Assembly: GCA_963823665.1 (NCBI GenBank)
Contig: CAWGMQ010000004.1
Coordinates: 2,688,001-2,752,000 of the forward strand
From: an uncultured Planctomycetota bacterium
GTDB lineage: Bacteria > Planctomycetota > Planctomycetia > Isosphaerales > Isosphaeraceae
DNA: 64,000 nt
Reading direction: 5' to 3'
Of the stretch, positions 18,412-28,897 are shown piece by piece (position 1 is the stretch's first letter; every line of letters starts with the position of its first letter). A program made the translations under genes and the position numbers. The notes under the pieces were generated by a model. It did not search any database. It was not told the DNA's origin and saw only the letters and a program-made list of their open reading frames with translations.

Positions 18412-19740
18412 ATGATGGGGGTTCGCAGAAACAATCGGTTGCTGCTGTGCTTCGTCACCCTTGCGGCCGTTCTTGTGGCGGCGGGGGCGTTCACGCTCGT
18501 TCGGGCGCAAACAGCCGCAGACGGTCAGCGCACCGCGTCTCGAGCCGGTGAAATTGAACCGGTACCCGTTCCGGAAGCGAGCGCGCGCGCTCTTGAGTTT
18601 TACTGGAGCGGAAACAGGCTCTGGATCCTGAATGTTGCCTGGGCAATGACGCTTCCGGGCTTGATGGCGTTTTCGGGTTTTTCTGCGCGGCTGCGGAACT
18701 TGGCAGCAAGGTTGGGGCGAGTGAGGTTCGTCACGCTTGGCCTGTACGTGCTGATGTATCTGGCGATCGTCTTCCTGGTCGACCTGCCGCTGTCTTACTA
18801 CGAAGGCTACGTGCGGCTGCATGCGTACGGACTTTCCAATCAGACGCTTGGCAAGTGGTTCGGCGATTCGGTCATCCGGTTGGCAATCTCGATGGTGGCG
18901 GGCGTCGCTCTGGCCTGGGTTCCTTATCTTTTGATTGCTCGCAGCCCGAAGCGCTGGTGGTTGTATACGGCGGTGCTCTCAGTACCGTTTCTGTTCGCGG
19001 TCATGTTGATCAAGCCAATCTGGATCGATCCGCTCTTCAATCGGTTTGGGCCGATGCACGACCTCGATCTCGAGCAGCAAATACTGAAACTAGCACGGAA
19101 GGCGGAAATTGCTGCGGACCGGGTGTTCGAGGTTGAAAAGAGCGTCGATACCAAGGCGGTGAACGCGTATGTGACGGGTGTGTTTGCGACAAAGAGAATC
19201 GTTCTCTGGGATACCTTGCTGGCCAAGCTGGACGCGCCGGAAGTGCTGCATGTGATGGGCCATGAAATGGGGCATTACGCCCTGGGACATGTGGTCCGTT
19301 CCATCGTTCTATCGGCCGGGCTCACGCTTGTTGGACTTTTCCTGGTTGATTGGGCGGGGCGCAAGCTGGTCGGCCGATTTGCAGGTCGACTCGGATTCGA
19401 GCGGCTTTCGGACGTTGCCTCGCTGCCGCTCGTGCTCTTGCTACTCGAAGTTGCGATGTTCGTGCTGACACCCGTTGCGCTAGCATACAGCCGACATCAG
19501 GAGCACGAGGCGGATAAGTACGCGCTCGATCTCGTTAGAGACAATCACTCGGGCGCCTTGTCGTTCGTGAAGTTGATGGAAACGAACCTCAGCAATCCGC
19601 GGCCGGGGCCAATTTACAAGTTTTTCCGCTCAAGTCACCCGAGCATCGGCGAACGAATTGACTTCTGCAACAGCTATCGGCCGCCGCGATCAAGCGAGTC
19701 TAAGCGGGGCGAAGAAGAGCCGCGTTATCGATCGAATTAA
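18412..19740 (+). CDS. M48 family (Ste24-like) integral membrane zinc protease
   Basis: VNAYVTG...KRIVLWDTLL, HEMGH, SRHQEHEADKYA, SHPSIGERI; multiple TMs. Confidence 0.92.
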   Translation: MMGVRRNNRLLLCFVTLAAVLVAAGAFTLVRAQTAADGQRTASRAGEIEPVPVPEASARALEFYWSGNRLWILNVAWAMTLPGLMAFSGFSARLRNLAARLGRVRFVTLGLYVLMYLAIVFLVDLPLSYYEGYVRLHAYGLSNQTLGKWFGDSVIRLAISMVAGVALAWVPYLLIARSPKRWWLYTAVLSVPFLFAVMLIKPIWIDPLFNRFGPMHDLDLEQQILKLARKAEIAADRVFEVEKSVDTKAVNAYVTGVFATKRIVLWDTLLAKLDAPEVLHVMGHEMGHYALGHVVRSIVLSAGLTLVGLFLVDWAGRKLVGRFAGRLGFERLSDVASLPLVLLLLEVAMFVLTPVALAYSRHQEHEADKYALDLVRDNHSGALSFVKLMETNLSNPRPGPIYKFFRSSHPSIGERIDFCNSYRPPRSSESKRGEEEPRYRSN

Positions 19741-19780
19741 CCAGCTTCATTCCTTGATGGTTTGCTAAAGGAACCTCTTC

Positions 19781-20296
19781 ATGGCCAGGCCCGAAACGAC
19801 CGAATACGCCTCCTACTATGGTAAATACATCACGCTGGTTCCTGAGCACGACATCATTGACGCGATGAAATCTGACGCTGCGAAGACGTTCGCTTTCCTG
19901 GCCGGCATTCCCGAAGCGGCCGCGTGCGTTCCTCACCCACCGTACACGTGGTCGATCAAGCAAGTGGTTGGGCATCTGAGCGATTGCGAGCGTGTATTTG
20001 GCTATCGTGCGCTTCGATTTGCGCGCGGGGATTCAACGCCGCTTCCCGGTTTCGACGAGAACACTTATGCAGCAGCGGCCCAACATAACAAGGTTCCGCT
20101 CGTCAGCCTGGTTTCCGAGCTCGAGAATCTGAGGAGATCGCACATCGCGTTCTTCGAGCAGCTTCCTGCGGAGGCGTGGCTACGTCGAGGCACTGCGAAC
20201 AACGCCGAGGTGAGCGTCCGCGCGCTGGCGTTCATTCTTGTCGGGCACGAACGGCATCATGCGGGAATCGTCCGGAAGCGGCTTTCGAAGCAATGA
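19781..20296 (+). CDS. DinB/DUF664-like protein
   Basis: WSIKQVVGHLSDCERVF, LPGFDEN, GHERHH. Confidence 0.88.
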   Translation: MARPETTEYASYYGKYITLVPEHDIIDAMKSDAAKTFAFLAGIPEAAACVPHPPYTWSIKQVVGHLSDCERVFGYRALRFARGDSTPLPGFDENTYAAAAQHNKVPLVSLVSELENLRRSHIAFFEQLPAEAWLRRGTANNAEVSVRALAFILVGHERHHAGIVRKRLSKQ

Positions 20297-20309
20297 GTGC
20301 GGGCGACGT

Positions 20310-20788
20310 AGGTAATCTGTCTCTTCCTTTGCCGGACACCCGGGATACTGCTCGCGAATCGCTCTTGCAAATGCGGCGATGAATTCATGGTCTTCGTGTT
20401 GGCGGCGATCCGCGGCCCGCGCCTGACGCCGCGCACGTAGTTCCGCGTCCGCGAGTGATTCTTCCTCTGCGCGGAGCAGCGCTTCCGGCTCGACCAGGAT
20501 GCCCTGCCGCTCATATCGTTTACGCGTACGCGACCAGCGAACGACGACCGCGCGTAGCGTTGAGTATTTACTGGCCCGGCGCGTCACCGCCGCATCACCG
20601 CTGGGCAAAAACTCCAGCCGGTCGAGATCTGCACAGCTCGTGCAAAGGGCCTTCTCCCCCTCCAGCCGCAGCAGACTGCCCTTCCACAGCTCAGCACCGC
20701 ATTCCGTGCACTTGGTCTCACGAATCACGGAGAAGACGACGATCTCTGCTCCGGAGCCGCTTTTCGGTTTGTCTGCCTTGCGAGCCAT
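20310..20788 (-). pseudogene. DUF2293-like protein, C-terminally truncated
   Basis: CTEC...CTSCADLD, FLPSGDAAVTRRA, WSRTRKRYERQGILVE, YPGCP; then reads into the antisense of DinB instead of a family C-terminus. Confidence 0.6.
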
Positions 20789-20957
20789 GATCGTTCGGTG
20801 TTTCGATTGACGACGATGCCGCACCTCTTCACATTGTGGATAAATTGCGGTGAGACGGGCAAGAGGGAGATGCGGCCGCCACAACCTAGCGGGTTAATCA
20901 GGCCCGGCCAGGTCGCGCTGCAGTGGAGACGTATTTCGTCAGACGCACGATAGCCTG

Positions 20958-21668
20958 TTGCCAAGAGGAATTGCTAACGACAAGATACCGATCTTGGAGG
21001 CTACGCGACAACCACGCAGGCCGGACTGCTCGGTGACCAAGCGGATGCTCACCGCGGAAGGCTTCGCAACGGCCTACGACGTCGGGGAGGCGCCGTTCCG
21101 AGGAGTGATCTATGAGGACGGCCACGTTCGGGTGGAGGGTCGAATAATGGACCACGGCATCCCCTGCATGGCGTACGTCGTACGTGAGGCAACGCGGGTC
21201 AACATTGACCCGGCTATAGTCACCCGACTGGGGCTGAAGCCGGGCCCTTGGATGAGGCAGCTCAAGGAGACCGTGGGGGACGACATCGATACCATCACGA
21301 TCGACGGGACCCCTCACAGGCTGATGGACCTCCGACGCGAGCTCTTGATGACGACCTCCGGAGTGAGCCTCGCTTACCTGACGGACTTCTCCGTTGATAT
21401 CGAGGCAGCCCCGGATTTCCTGACGATGGTACGAGGGTGTGACGTGATCGTCTGCGAGAACAACTTCCGCGACGCGGACCGAGAGTTGGCGGTGCGAAGC
21501 CATCACATGGTCTCCTCTCAGGTGGGCCGTATCGCGGTGCTGGCGGGGGCGGGCCGGCTCGTCTTGTTCCACCTGTCCGACCGCTACACGCGGAGTCAGT
21601 GGCTGGAATTGCTCGAGGAGGTTCGCCGTGTCTTCCCGGGAGCAGAATTCCCGGAGGGCTGGAGTTAG
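20958..21668 (+). pseudogene. RNase Z/MBL-fold hydrolase, C-terminal part only
   Basis: DHGIPCMAY, GLKPGPW exosite, AYLTD, HHM, LFHLSDRY present; N-terminal HxHxDH motif absent. Confidence 0.65.
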
Positions 21669-21769
21669 CGGCGTGGCGATCGGATAGGATCGGTAAAGTT
21701 GTACACGCGGTGTGCAAGCAACCTGTTGCTGTGATTGAAAAGGAAGCGAGTATGGCTCAAGGTTGAAGC

Positions 21770-22111
21770 TCAGTTGGGTTCGCAGTCCGAGTCGATGACG
21801 TAACCGACGGCCTTGATGACGTCCCTCAATTTCGCGGTATCGAGCCGCCCAATCAGGCCAGACGCGATGTCGATCTCTCCTTTCTCTAAGGCGTATATCG
21901 CCTCGCACTGGGCCACACAATCGCTCGGCATGCCAAACTCACCCGCCTGGAACGGCAAGCAATTCGACAGCTTGGAACGGACGGCGAAACGCTTGGTCGT
22001 ACAGCGGACGATCACAACATAATTTCCCTAATTCAAACTTTCCCGCGAGACAACGATACCGGGCCGGCGTCCGGTTGCCAGGTCGACCCAATAGATCTCG
22101 CCCGGTTTCAT
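21770..22111 (-). pseudogene. MazF/PemK-family toxin with in-frame TAG
   Basis: MKPGEIYWVDLATGRRPGIVVSRESLN*GNYVVIVRCTT...AQCEAI; TAG at 22028-22030 (codon 28); ATG overlaps upstream TGA. Confidence 0.8.
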
Positions 22112-22335
22112 CAGTAGGGATTCTCCTTCGTCCAGGAAACCGCTGCTTGCCGGCCGAGGTTCGATAAGGCTGCTTTCTCGCGAATCTCATCGAGCGCTTC
22201 TTGGAGGACCGACTCGGTGCTTTCCCGCTGGGCTGCCAGAACGATGACGACGTCCCCACCGAGCTCTGGAACAGACACGCGGACAGGGTATCCTTGCTTC
22301 AATACGCTGGCTTGTTCATCGGACAATTCGATCAT
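22111..22335 (-). CDS. Putative antitoxin for the MazF-like gene
   Basis: 74 aa, AAGGAGGAG RBS, TGATG coupling to toxin, ends WTKENPY. Confidence 0.65.
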   Translation of the reverse strand: MIELSDEQASVLKQGYPVRVSVPELGGDVVIVLAAQRESTESVLQEALDEIREKAALSNLGRQAAVSWTKENPY

Positions 22336-22380
22336 GGTCTCCTCCTTCAAGGAATGATATCAGATCCGGAGCAGAGAGAG

Positions 22381-22610
22381 TCAGCCCAGCATGACGTCCT
22401 GGCAGGCGCGGAGGACTAGCTGCTCCGGCGAAACGCCTTTGACCCAAGCCATTCGCGCGACCGCTTCGGCCGCCTGCACCTCGAGAGGTACCTTGATGGC
22501 AGTGCTGCGCACGAAGACCGGCTCGGCAACTTCTTCCAGTTCGTCTTCAAAATCGGTCAGGTCGTGACTGTCCCAGAACTCAGCCAGCTTCTTGATTGAG
22601 TCGGTTCTCG
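22381..22610 (-). pseudogene. CopG/BrnA-like antitoxin fragment
   Basis: DSIKKLAEFWDSHDLTDFEDEL...AEAVARMA..KGVS..QLV; no proper start. Confidence 0.55.
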
Positions 22611-22614
22611 GACG

Positions 22615-22860
22615 GCTCCCCAGCGTAGGAGCCGTCGTATGCAAAGCTGACCCGGCGCATCCGAACTGGCTCGTCTTCTCGGCCGACGCAGGTGACAAAT
22701 GGGCTCCGTCCCATGGCCTCGGCCGCGTGAAACACGCCAACGGTGCTGCCCGACACGCTCACCGCGCCATCGGCATACCCGACCCACTCGCCTAGGTTCT
22801 GACTGAGGAGTTGGTCGCGGGCAGCCCAATACGCTGCCTCGTTCTTGTGCGCCAGGCGTG
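22615..22860 (-). pseudogene. DUF5678-like fragment
   Basis: NEAAYWAARDQLLSQNLGEWVGYADG...PFVTCVGRED; merges into the adjacent antitoxin fragment. Confidence 0.4.
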
Positions 22861-23734
22861 GTCGATTTGCCGGGCGATTTCGGGGGGTAACGCGTCTGCC
22901 AGACTTTTCATGGGTCACCCTTGGGTGCATAGCTATGCCCATTGTATTCTACAGCTCGCGGGCGAGACGTTCACCGGCCGAGCGCTTTGTTTTGAGAACC
23001 GGGAGACCGGCCGGAGCGAGCCGCTGGCATATCTGCGTCGAGGGCCAGGGTGTTGACGGAATTGGTGCACGTTCTACGGTCGCGCCAACGACCCTGCAGA
23101 TACGCCAGATATTTCGCCGTACCTACTTCGGTCGGCGTCGCATTGGCCGGTGATTTATGGAAGCTGGGGATCTAAGATTCGAGGCTAATACGAGCTTGTT
23201 TCGCTCGCATTGGGACAGCATTCGTACTGCAAATCCCAAGATTCTAATACCTTATGCCCACTTCCAGGCTTCACTGAAATTGTAGCCGCATTGGGCTCGT
23301 GCTTCCAGTGCTGCACCCGATTTGCACCCAGATCACAAATCGTCATGACCCAACTCGGGCGTCCGCAAGTGGTCCCCAGCATCACGATGGTCACGTTGCC
23401 TTCGAGCCAGTTGTTCACGAACAGGAAGGCGGGCCCCTTACGCATCCGCGGCTAGTCCCCGATCTCCGCTATGCCATCTTGTTCGGCTCCATTCTCAGCC
23501 CGCAGGGCTCGACGAAATTGACCGAGTCCTCGTCGCTGCGTCCTTTTCCGGCCGTGCAGCGACCATGCCATCAGCGACGCAGGTCGTCTGCAATTCCGTG
23601 GCACAAATTCATTCCGTGCGACGAAGGCCGAGTCCTTGGCAACCGAACCACTGCGCGGCGGCCACACGCACCTCTATTCTCCATCCAAGCTAAGAAGCGA
23701 ATACGCTATTCCACGGCGTCGAGAGGAGGCCCTT

Positions 23735-24307
23735 TTACGGGGGTAATCCGGCATCAAGTGGGGCGCCTGCCGCCTTCTTCTCCGTCTCGGACAAATTCGG
23801 CGCTCCGGGGGACGATGGGGCGCGCGGGGCCGGATGGCCCCCCTGCGTGAACAGCGTTGGCATAAGGTAGCCGACGTAAACCCCGAAGACCGTCTCGCTA
23901 GCCCCGAGCAGCATCTTGAACTGGTCGAACGAGGAGAATCCAACACTAAATCCTTTCAACGTGACGATCAGAAAGAGGTATGCGGTGAACGAGCCGCAGA
24001 AGGCGAGGGTGAGGAATCCGAAGTCCCACGGCAACTCCCGGGTGCGGATCGCGGCGGCTTCAGGTGCCGCCTCCGCGATCGCGTCCTTGACGATCATAGT
24101 TGTGAAGCCCGCGAAGAGGGGCATTAGCAGTGCGATGGAAGTTGTGAGGTCGTTGAAGGCAAACCCGCCAATAAAGTAGAGAGCCAGCAGCCAGAAGAAG
24201 GTCAGCAAATGCGAAGCGATCATTAGCATCGTGACAATACGCTTTAGCCGCAGGAAGTCCACGTCGCACCTTCTGTCTATTATTTGGCCACTAGGGTTTC
24301 TTGTCAT
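23735..24307 (-). CDS. Hypothetical membrane protein (~4 TM)
   Basis: Hydrophobic segments; overlaps the end of the upstream gene; start uncertain. Confidence 0.55.
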   Translation of the reverse strand: MTRNPSGQIIDRRCDVDFLRLKRIVTMLMIASHLLTFFWLLALYFIGGFAFNDLTTSIALLMPLFAGFTTMIVKDAIAEAAPEAAAIRTRELPWDFGFLTLAFCGSFTAYLFLIVTLKGFSVGFSSFDQFKMLLGASETVFGVYVGYLMPTLFTQGGHPAPRAPSSPGAPNLSETEKKAAGAPLDAGLPP

Positions 24308-26098
24308 CTTTCGGCTTCAGCAGATCGTCCTTCAGCCGGACGAGAAGCTGACCCGCGAAATCGCCGAGGTTCTTGGAGTATTGCGGCTCCATGTCGCGGA
24401 AATCTTCAGTCGACTTTGGAGGAAGGATGCCGGGAGCCCATCTCCCGTCCACGATGCAAAGCAGCCTGGCACCCTGGGAAGTGGCTGCAATGATGAAGTT
24501 GATGTCAACATCCTCCCACCGGTTCTTGGTGCCGAGGATCGTGTTTTTCGCATTATTCACTCGCAGAAGGAGATAGCTCGCCTCGTCGTGGATGACGGCG
24601 ACTTTCCCGTGAAAGGTCGTCAAGTACGTGACGAGGAAGTCCCTTGCGCTCCGATAGAGGGAGGGCACGACTCCGTCGGTCGCGCTGCTCGCGAGGGCGA
24701 TTGTCGCGAGATCGTCATTCTTCAACTCGCCACCGACCGTGGCAGACATATAGATCTGTTGGTTGGACGCCCAGACCAGTCCGTTTTGCCAGGTGTAATC
24801 CGAAATCCCCCAAAAACCACTCATCCTCATCGAGACGGCCGACGGCATCGCGCCGATCGACCCCGTGAATTTGTAAAATAGACGGTTCTCAAGGCCTATG
24901 TATCTCGTCGATGGATCGACACGGGGCAATGCGTCTCGTAACGATTCTTTTACGAGGAATCGCAGTTGCAGGCCGGCCGGCACAGTGATCTCCAGCGAGG
25001 TAAAGACCCGGTCCTTCTTCAGGCCGACCGCATCGATCCAGTTCTTCGCCTGCTTCAGCCCGGCGGCGACCAGTTCGGCGTTGGGATCGGAGAGCGGCAC
25101 GACAGCTGTCCACGCAAGGTCCAGGATGGCGGGGTCTATCCCGTCCGGCGGGTCTGCGTACGCTTGTGAGAGCGTCTGGCAGAGGTAGCCTGCCCGAAGG
25201 CTCGTGCGCAAGATTCTGGAGCGAACTACTTAGCTGATTCACGGGCCTCGGCGAGTAAGCCGCTGGCAACGACATGCGGGAGGACTTCTTAGCGACGGGC
25301 TCGTCCTTGGCCTCATCGGAGGGCTTCTCCGCGGCCTTAACCTCGATGGTTTTGAGTTCCCGCCGGAGACTCTCGGTCTGCTCGCGAATTTCCCATGCCG
25401 TAAAAACGGGATATCCAATCCTGGCGCATGCAAGGTCAATTGCCTCTAGCTTCCCTTTCAATTTCGAGAGCCAGGCGGCAACTTTCGTCGATGAGTCGAA
25501 TCTCGACATTCTCCTCAGCGAACTGGAGATTCGGATTCGCCGCCTGAAATTCCTTTTCCAGGAATTCGAATTCTCTAGACAGGGGCCCGGCGAGCTCGCT
25601 CAGGTTTCCGTAGGCTTTGGACTCGTCACCGAAATCCCGGGCCAGCGACGAGTTGGGCTTGGATCTCCGGAAGTGGAGTCCAACGCTCGCGACAGGGAGC
25701 TTTGACGCGGCCCCCTAAGTGGATGGCATGTCGCCTGAGAATCGTCTTGAGGTGGCGAGCAGCCCAATCCACCGCGTCAGACGCTCGCGCCGGGCGGCCA
25801 GATCGTCCGCGGAAAAGGTCGCCTCCTTCAGTTGGCCAATCAGATTCGGAAAGACGCGCTCCGGCGGCAGACGGTCTAGGGTGGTCTCGTTAGGTGTCCA
25901 TGTCGAATGCAATACATCTTCTATCCAGTCGTTGTACAAGTAAACTTGATGGCGCAGTTCCTGCCTGGTGAGCACCAGATCAGTTTTGTCAGCCGCCCCG
26001 CAGGTCGGACACGAGAAGGCCACGGAACCGAGAATCAGAGAAAAAGCCAGAACCGTTTTATGCCCCAGCCCGATCGCTGAATGCCCCCAACTCTTCAT
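24291..26098 (-). pseudogene. Large exported hypothetical protein, fragmented over several frames
   Basis: Signal-like N-terminus (25715-26185 ORF), helical middle (24889-25509), beta-rich C-terminus (24291-25211); joining is inferred. Confidence 0.4.
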
Positions 26099-26350
26099 GA
26101 GCCGAACTCGTAGGGACGGTGCGATGGTTGATCGTCGGTATCCGGCCATTCTTCCCCCGCTCTCTTTTCGGCAGCACGGACACAAGCGTCTTGGCGATTT
26201 GCCTCGTCGACCAGATTACTTATTCGTAACCGTTCCGCGGTTGTTGAGCGTGTCTTTTCGCGCAGGATCCCGCAATTCGACATCGGCACCCGCCCATGCG
26301 TGCCGAGGATGCCGACTCTAGCAGCGTGCCGACGATTTCGCAACATCGTG

Positions 26351-27631
26351 CAGGGCTGTTGACTAATTGAGGATACCCAGTTTGGCGAAGAGCGTTCGGA
26401 CTTGGGAAGCATTGCGACGAACGGACTCGGCGATGTTGGTCGCGCCAGTGATTCGAAGGAATCCGATCGCTGCATTACGCAGCGCAGCCATGATTTCCGG
26501 ACCGGACCCCTTGCGGATTCGGCTCTTATCCTCGGCGAACGTGACGTCACGCACGTAGTGGGATCGATTCTCGATGGACCAGTGGCCCCGTCCCCAAGCA
26601 AGCAAATGGCTGGCGTTGCCGAGAGCGCGGGGAACGCTGGTAATGAAATAGCGAGTCTCGTTTGAAACCTCTCCGCCTTGCTCAACCACACTCTCAATCT
26701 GCCCGACCTGAGCCACGCCGGGCCAATCCAGATACTCATTCAATGCTGTCGTTGCCTTCAAGGTGCGGCGTTCACGACGACCATGGCCCTTGTCTATGCT
26801 CGTGGTCGTGTCCTGCGCCTGTTCCCAGATTCGTCGCTGTTTAGGGGGAAAAAGCCGCCTCGGTTGATGCGTCGAAGGCGGCCTTAATATCGTTGAGGAG
26901 CGTCGGCTGGTTGTCCTTCACAAACCAAAAGTAGTGGCCGCGTGCATCGATGACCTGCTGGGAAAGATCACGCTGGCAGAACATGGCGTCGCCGGTTACC
27001 ACTCGCCCCTCCAGAACGATACCTCGGAGCAACTGAAGAGCTGTCTTGTGCTCGTTGGTCTTGTTTTCGCCGCCGTTGGGGACCTGTGTCTGAGCCAACG
27101 TTAATCCCGACTCGTGCGCTACCAAGGAGAGCAGGTGGACCGCCTTCTCGAGGCCGTCGAAGCTGCCACGAGCTGTCTTGCCATCGAGAGCAAAAGCTTC
27201 CGGCGGCGAAGGCTCGCTTGAGACTGGACGGTCCAGCAACGATTCGGCCCACCGGCTCAGAGCGTCCTCGAAGGCCTTTGGGTCTAATGCGATCAGAACC
27301 TTGCGAATGCCGCCCATCTTCGGAGGTCTGCGAGTGAAGCCAAGTCGATGCATCAGCCCGATGTCTTGGTCCCGTGCCCATTGCGCAATGGCAGAATAGC
27401 TCTTCGCACCACACATGACGGCACAACACACCAACGCAAGAATGGCCGACAGCGGATGTTGTCGGCCATGCCGACTGCGAGGATCGGGAACAACGGCAAG
27501 AAAGGAAAGAAGACTGCCGGTGGTTTGGGCTTCCATGCGATGCCTCCATGCCGAAAATCCTTGGTGTGGGCGGTTTCCATACCGATAGAACCTTTCCTAT
27601 CTGCCTCAGGCTCAATCTGTCAACAGCCGTG
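26351..27631 (-). mobile_element. ISAs1-family insertion sequence, 1281 bp
   Basis: 21-bp TIRs CAGGGCTGTTGACTAATTGAG / CACGGCTGTTGACAGATTGAG (3 mismatches); perfect 10-bp TSD CAACATCGTG at 26341-26350 and 27632-27641. Confidence 0.95.
26363..27536 (-). CDS. ISAs1 (H-repeat) DDE transposase split into two frames
   Basis: PDPR..G..HPL, ALDGKT, VTGDAMFCQ, VKDNQPTL in ORF1; DKGHGRRERR, RGHWSIEN, DVTFAED in ORF2; junction TTTTTCCCCCTAA. Confidence 0.92.
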
Positions 27632-28156
27632 CAACATCGTGGCGGCTAGGTCAATTCTTGGATAGCGTATGCGATATCATCATCGAGGGAAATCAAGACT
27701 CATCGGCCATCCGACGTGCCTCGGTGTGACGGTCGTCGAAATCTGCGTGTCAGATCACCCTTATGTGGCCGATCGACCGCGCCCAGGATGGGCCGGTAGA
27801 CGAAGGTTGAGCTGCCCAATCAATCCACGCGGTTAACGCGGTTTTACCGCCGACCGCGGGTGGCGGCGAATCGAACGGAACTGCGAGCACGCTGGCCGAA
27901 GCAGCCAAGCCGTCAGAAGTCTTTGGGTCGCGATTGCACGCGCATGAGAGCAACTGCGGACCGAGTGCGCCAAAGACGCAAGCTCGTCAAGACCGCGCGG
28001 GACGATGTTGCCAGATTGTTGCCACGCATTCCGATAGTCGATCGACACGCACTGAAAGCTTTGGATTTAGGAGTGCTGGGGATCTAGGATTTGAACATAG
28101 ACTAACCGAGCCTGCCTCATTTGAACGACAGCCGAGGCACGACTGTCGAACCAGCC

Positions 28157-28867
28157 TCACCGCGAACTGTAAGCCGCCGAATGATCGGCCATGGAGCTTG
28201 CTTCTGGGTGCACCAGCTCGCCGTCCTGGATTTCCAGAACCAGGTCGTCCGGCGTGATGAAACGGCGGTCGTGGGTGACAACGACGCAGGTCGTTCCTGA
28301 TGATTCCTGCATGCGCCGGAGAATTGTGTAAATCTCGTCGCCTGTCTTGGAATCCAGCTCGCCTGTGGGCTCATCCGCCAGAAGCAAGATTGGTTGTTTG
28401 ACCAGCGCCCGGGCAATTGCCACCCGTTGCTGTTCGCCTCCGGAGAGCTGGTACGGGCGGTGGTCCAGCCGGTCCTCCAGGCCAACCTGGCCAAGGAGAT
28501 CGGTCGCTCGCTGCCGCAACGCGGGCGTGATGCCCGTGGGCATGAACGGAATCAAGACGTTCTCGAGGGCAGTCAGGTTGTTGATCAGGTTGAATGACTG
28601 AAAGATAAAACCGACGCGGTCGCGCCGATAGGTATTCTTCGCCCGCTCGGACATCTTTCCGAGCTCCTGACCGTCAACGACGATCTCACCGGAAGTCGGA
28701 CGGTCGATTGCCCCCAGCAGATAAAGCAGCGAGCTCTTCCCAGACCCGCTTGGGCCCACGATGAACGCGAACCGCCCGGCCTCGATGCGGCAGGAGAGCC
28801 CCCGTAGAGCGTGCACCCAGCGGCTGCCGCTCCGGTACGATTTAAAGACGTTCACCACGTCAATCAT
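28157..28867 (-). CDS. ABC transporter ATP-binding protein (LolD/MacB-like)
   Basis: [43 protein letters not shown]. Confidence 0.95.
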   Translation of the reverse strand: MIDVVNVFKSYRSGSRWVHALRGLSCRIEAGRFAFIVGPSGSGKSSLLYLLGAIDRPTSGEIVVDGQELGKMSERAKNTYRRDRVGFIFQSFNLINNLTALENVLIPFMPTGITPALRQRATDLLGQVGLEDRLDHRPYQLSGGEQQRVAIARALVKQPILLLADEPTGELDSKTGDEIYTILRRMQESSGTTCVVVTHDRRFITPDDLVLEIQDGELVHPEASSMADHSAAYSSR

Positions 28868-28897
28868 CGGAAATCCCCGCTGAAAAAGTGCCGTCCG

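Noticed and set aside
22028..22030. Amber recoding (pyrrolysine or alternative genetic code)
   Set aside because: TAG serves as the normal stop of other genes here (e.g. rpiA, the oxidoreductase, 34780-35340), and no pyl genes are seen
23185..23667. Two short same-frame ORFs separated by TAG
   Set aside because: No recognisable motifs; cannot support a gene call
27640..28150. Gene interrupted by the ISAs1 insertion
   Set aside because: Joining the flanks at the TSD gave no convincing ORF by eye
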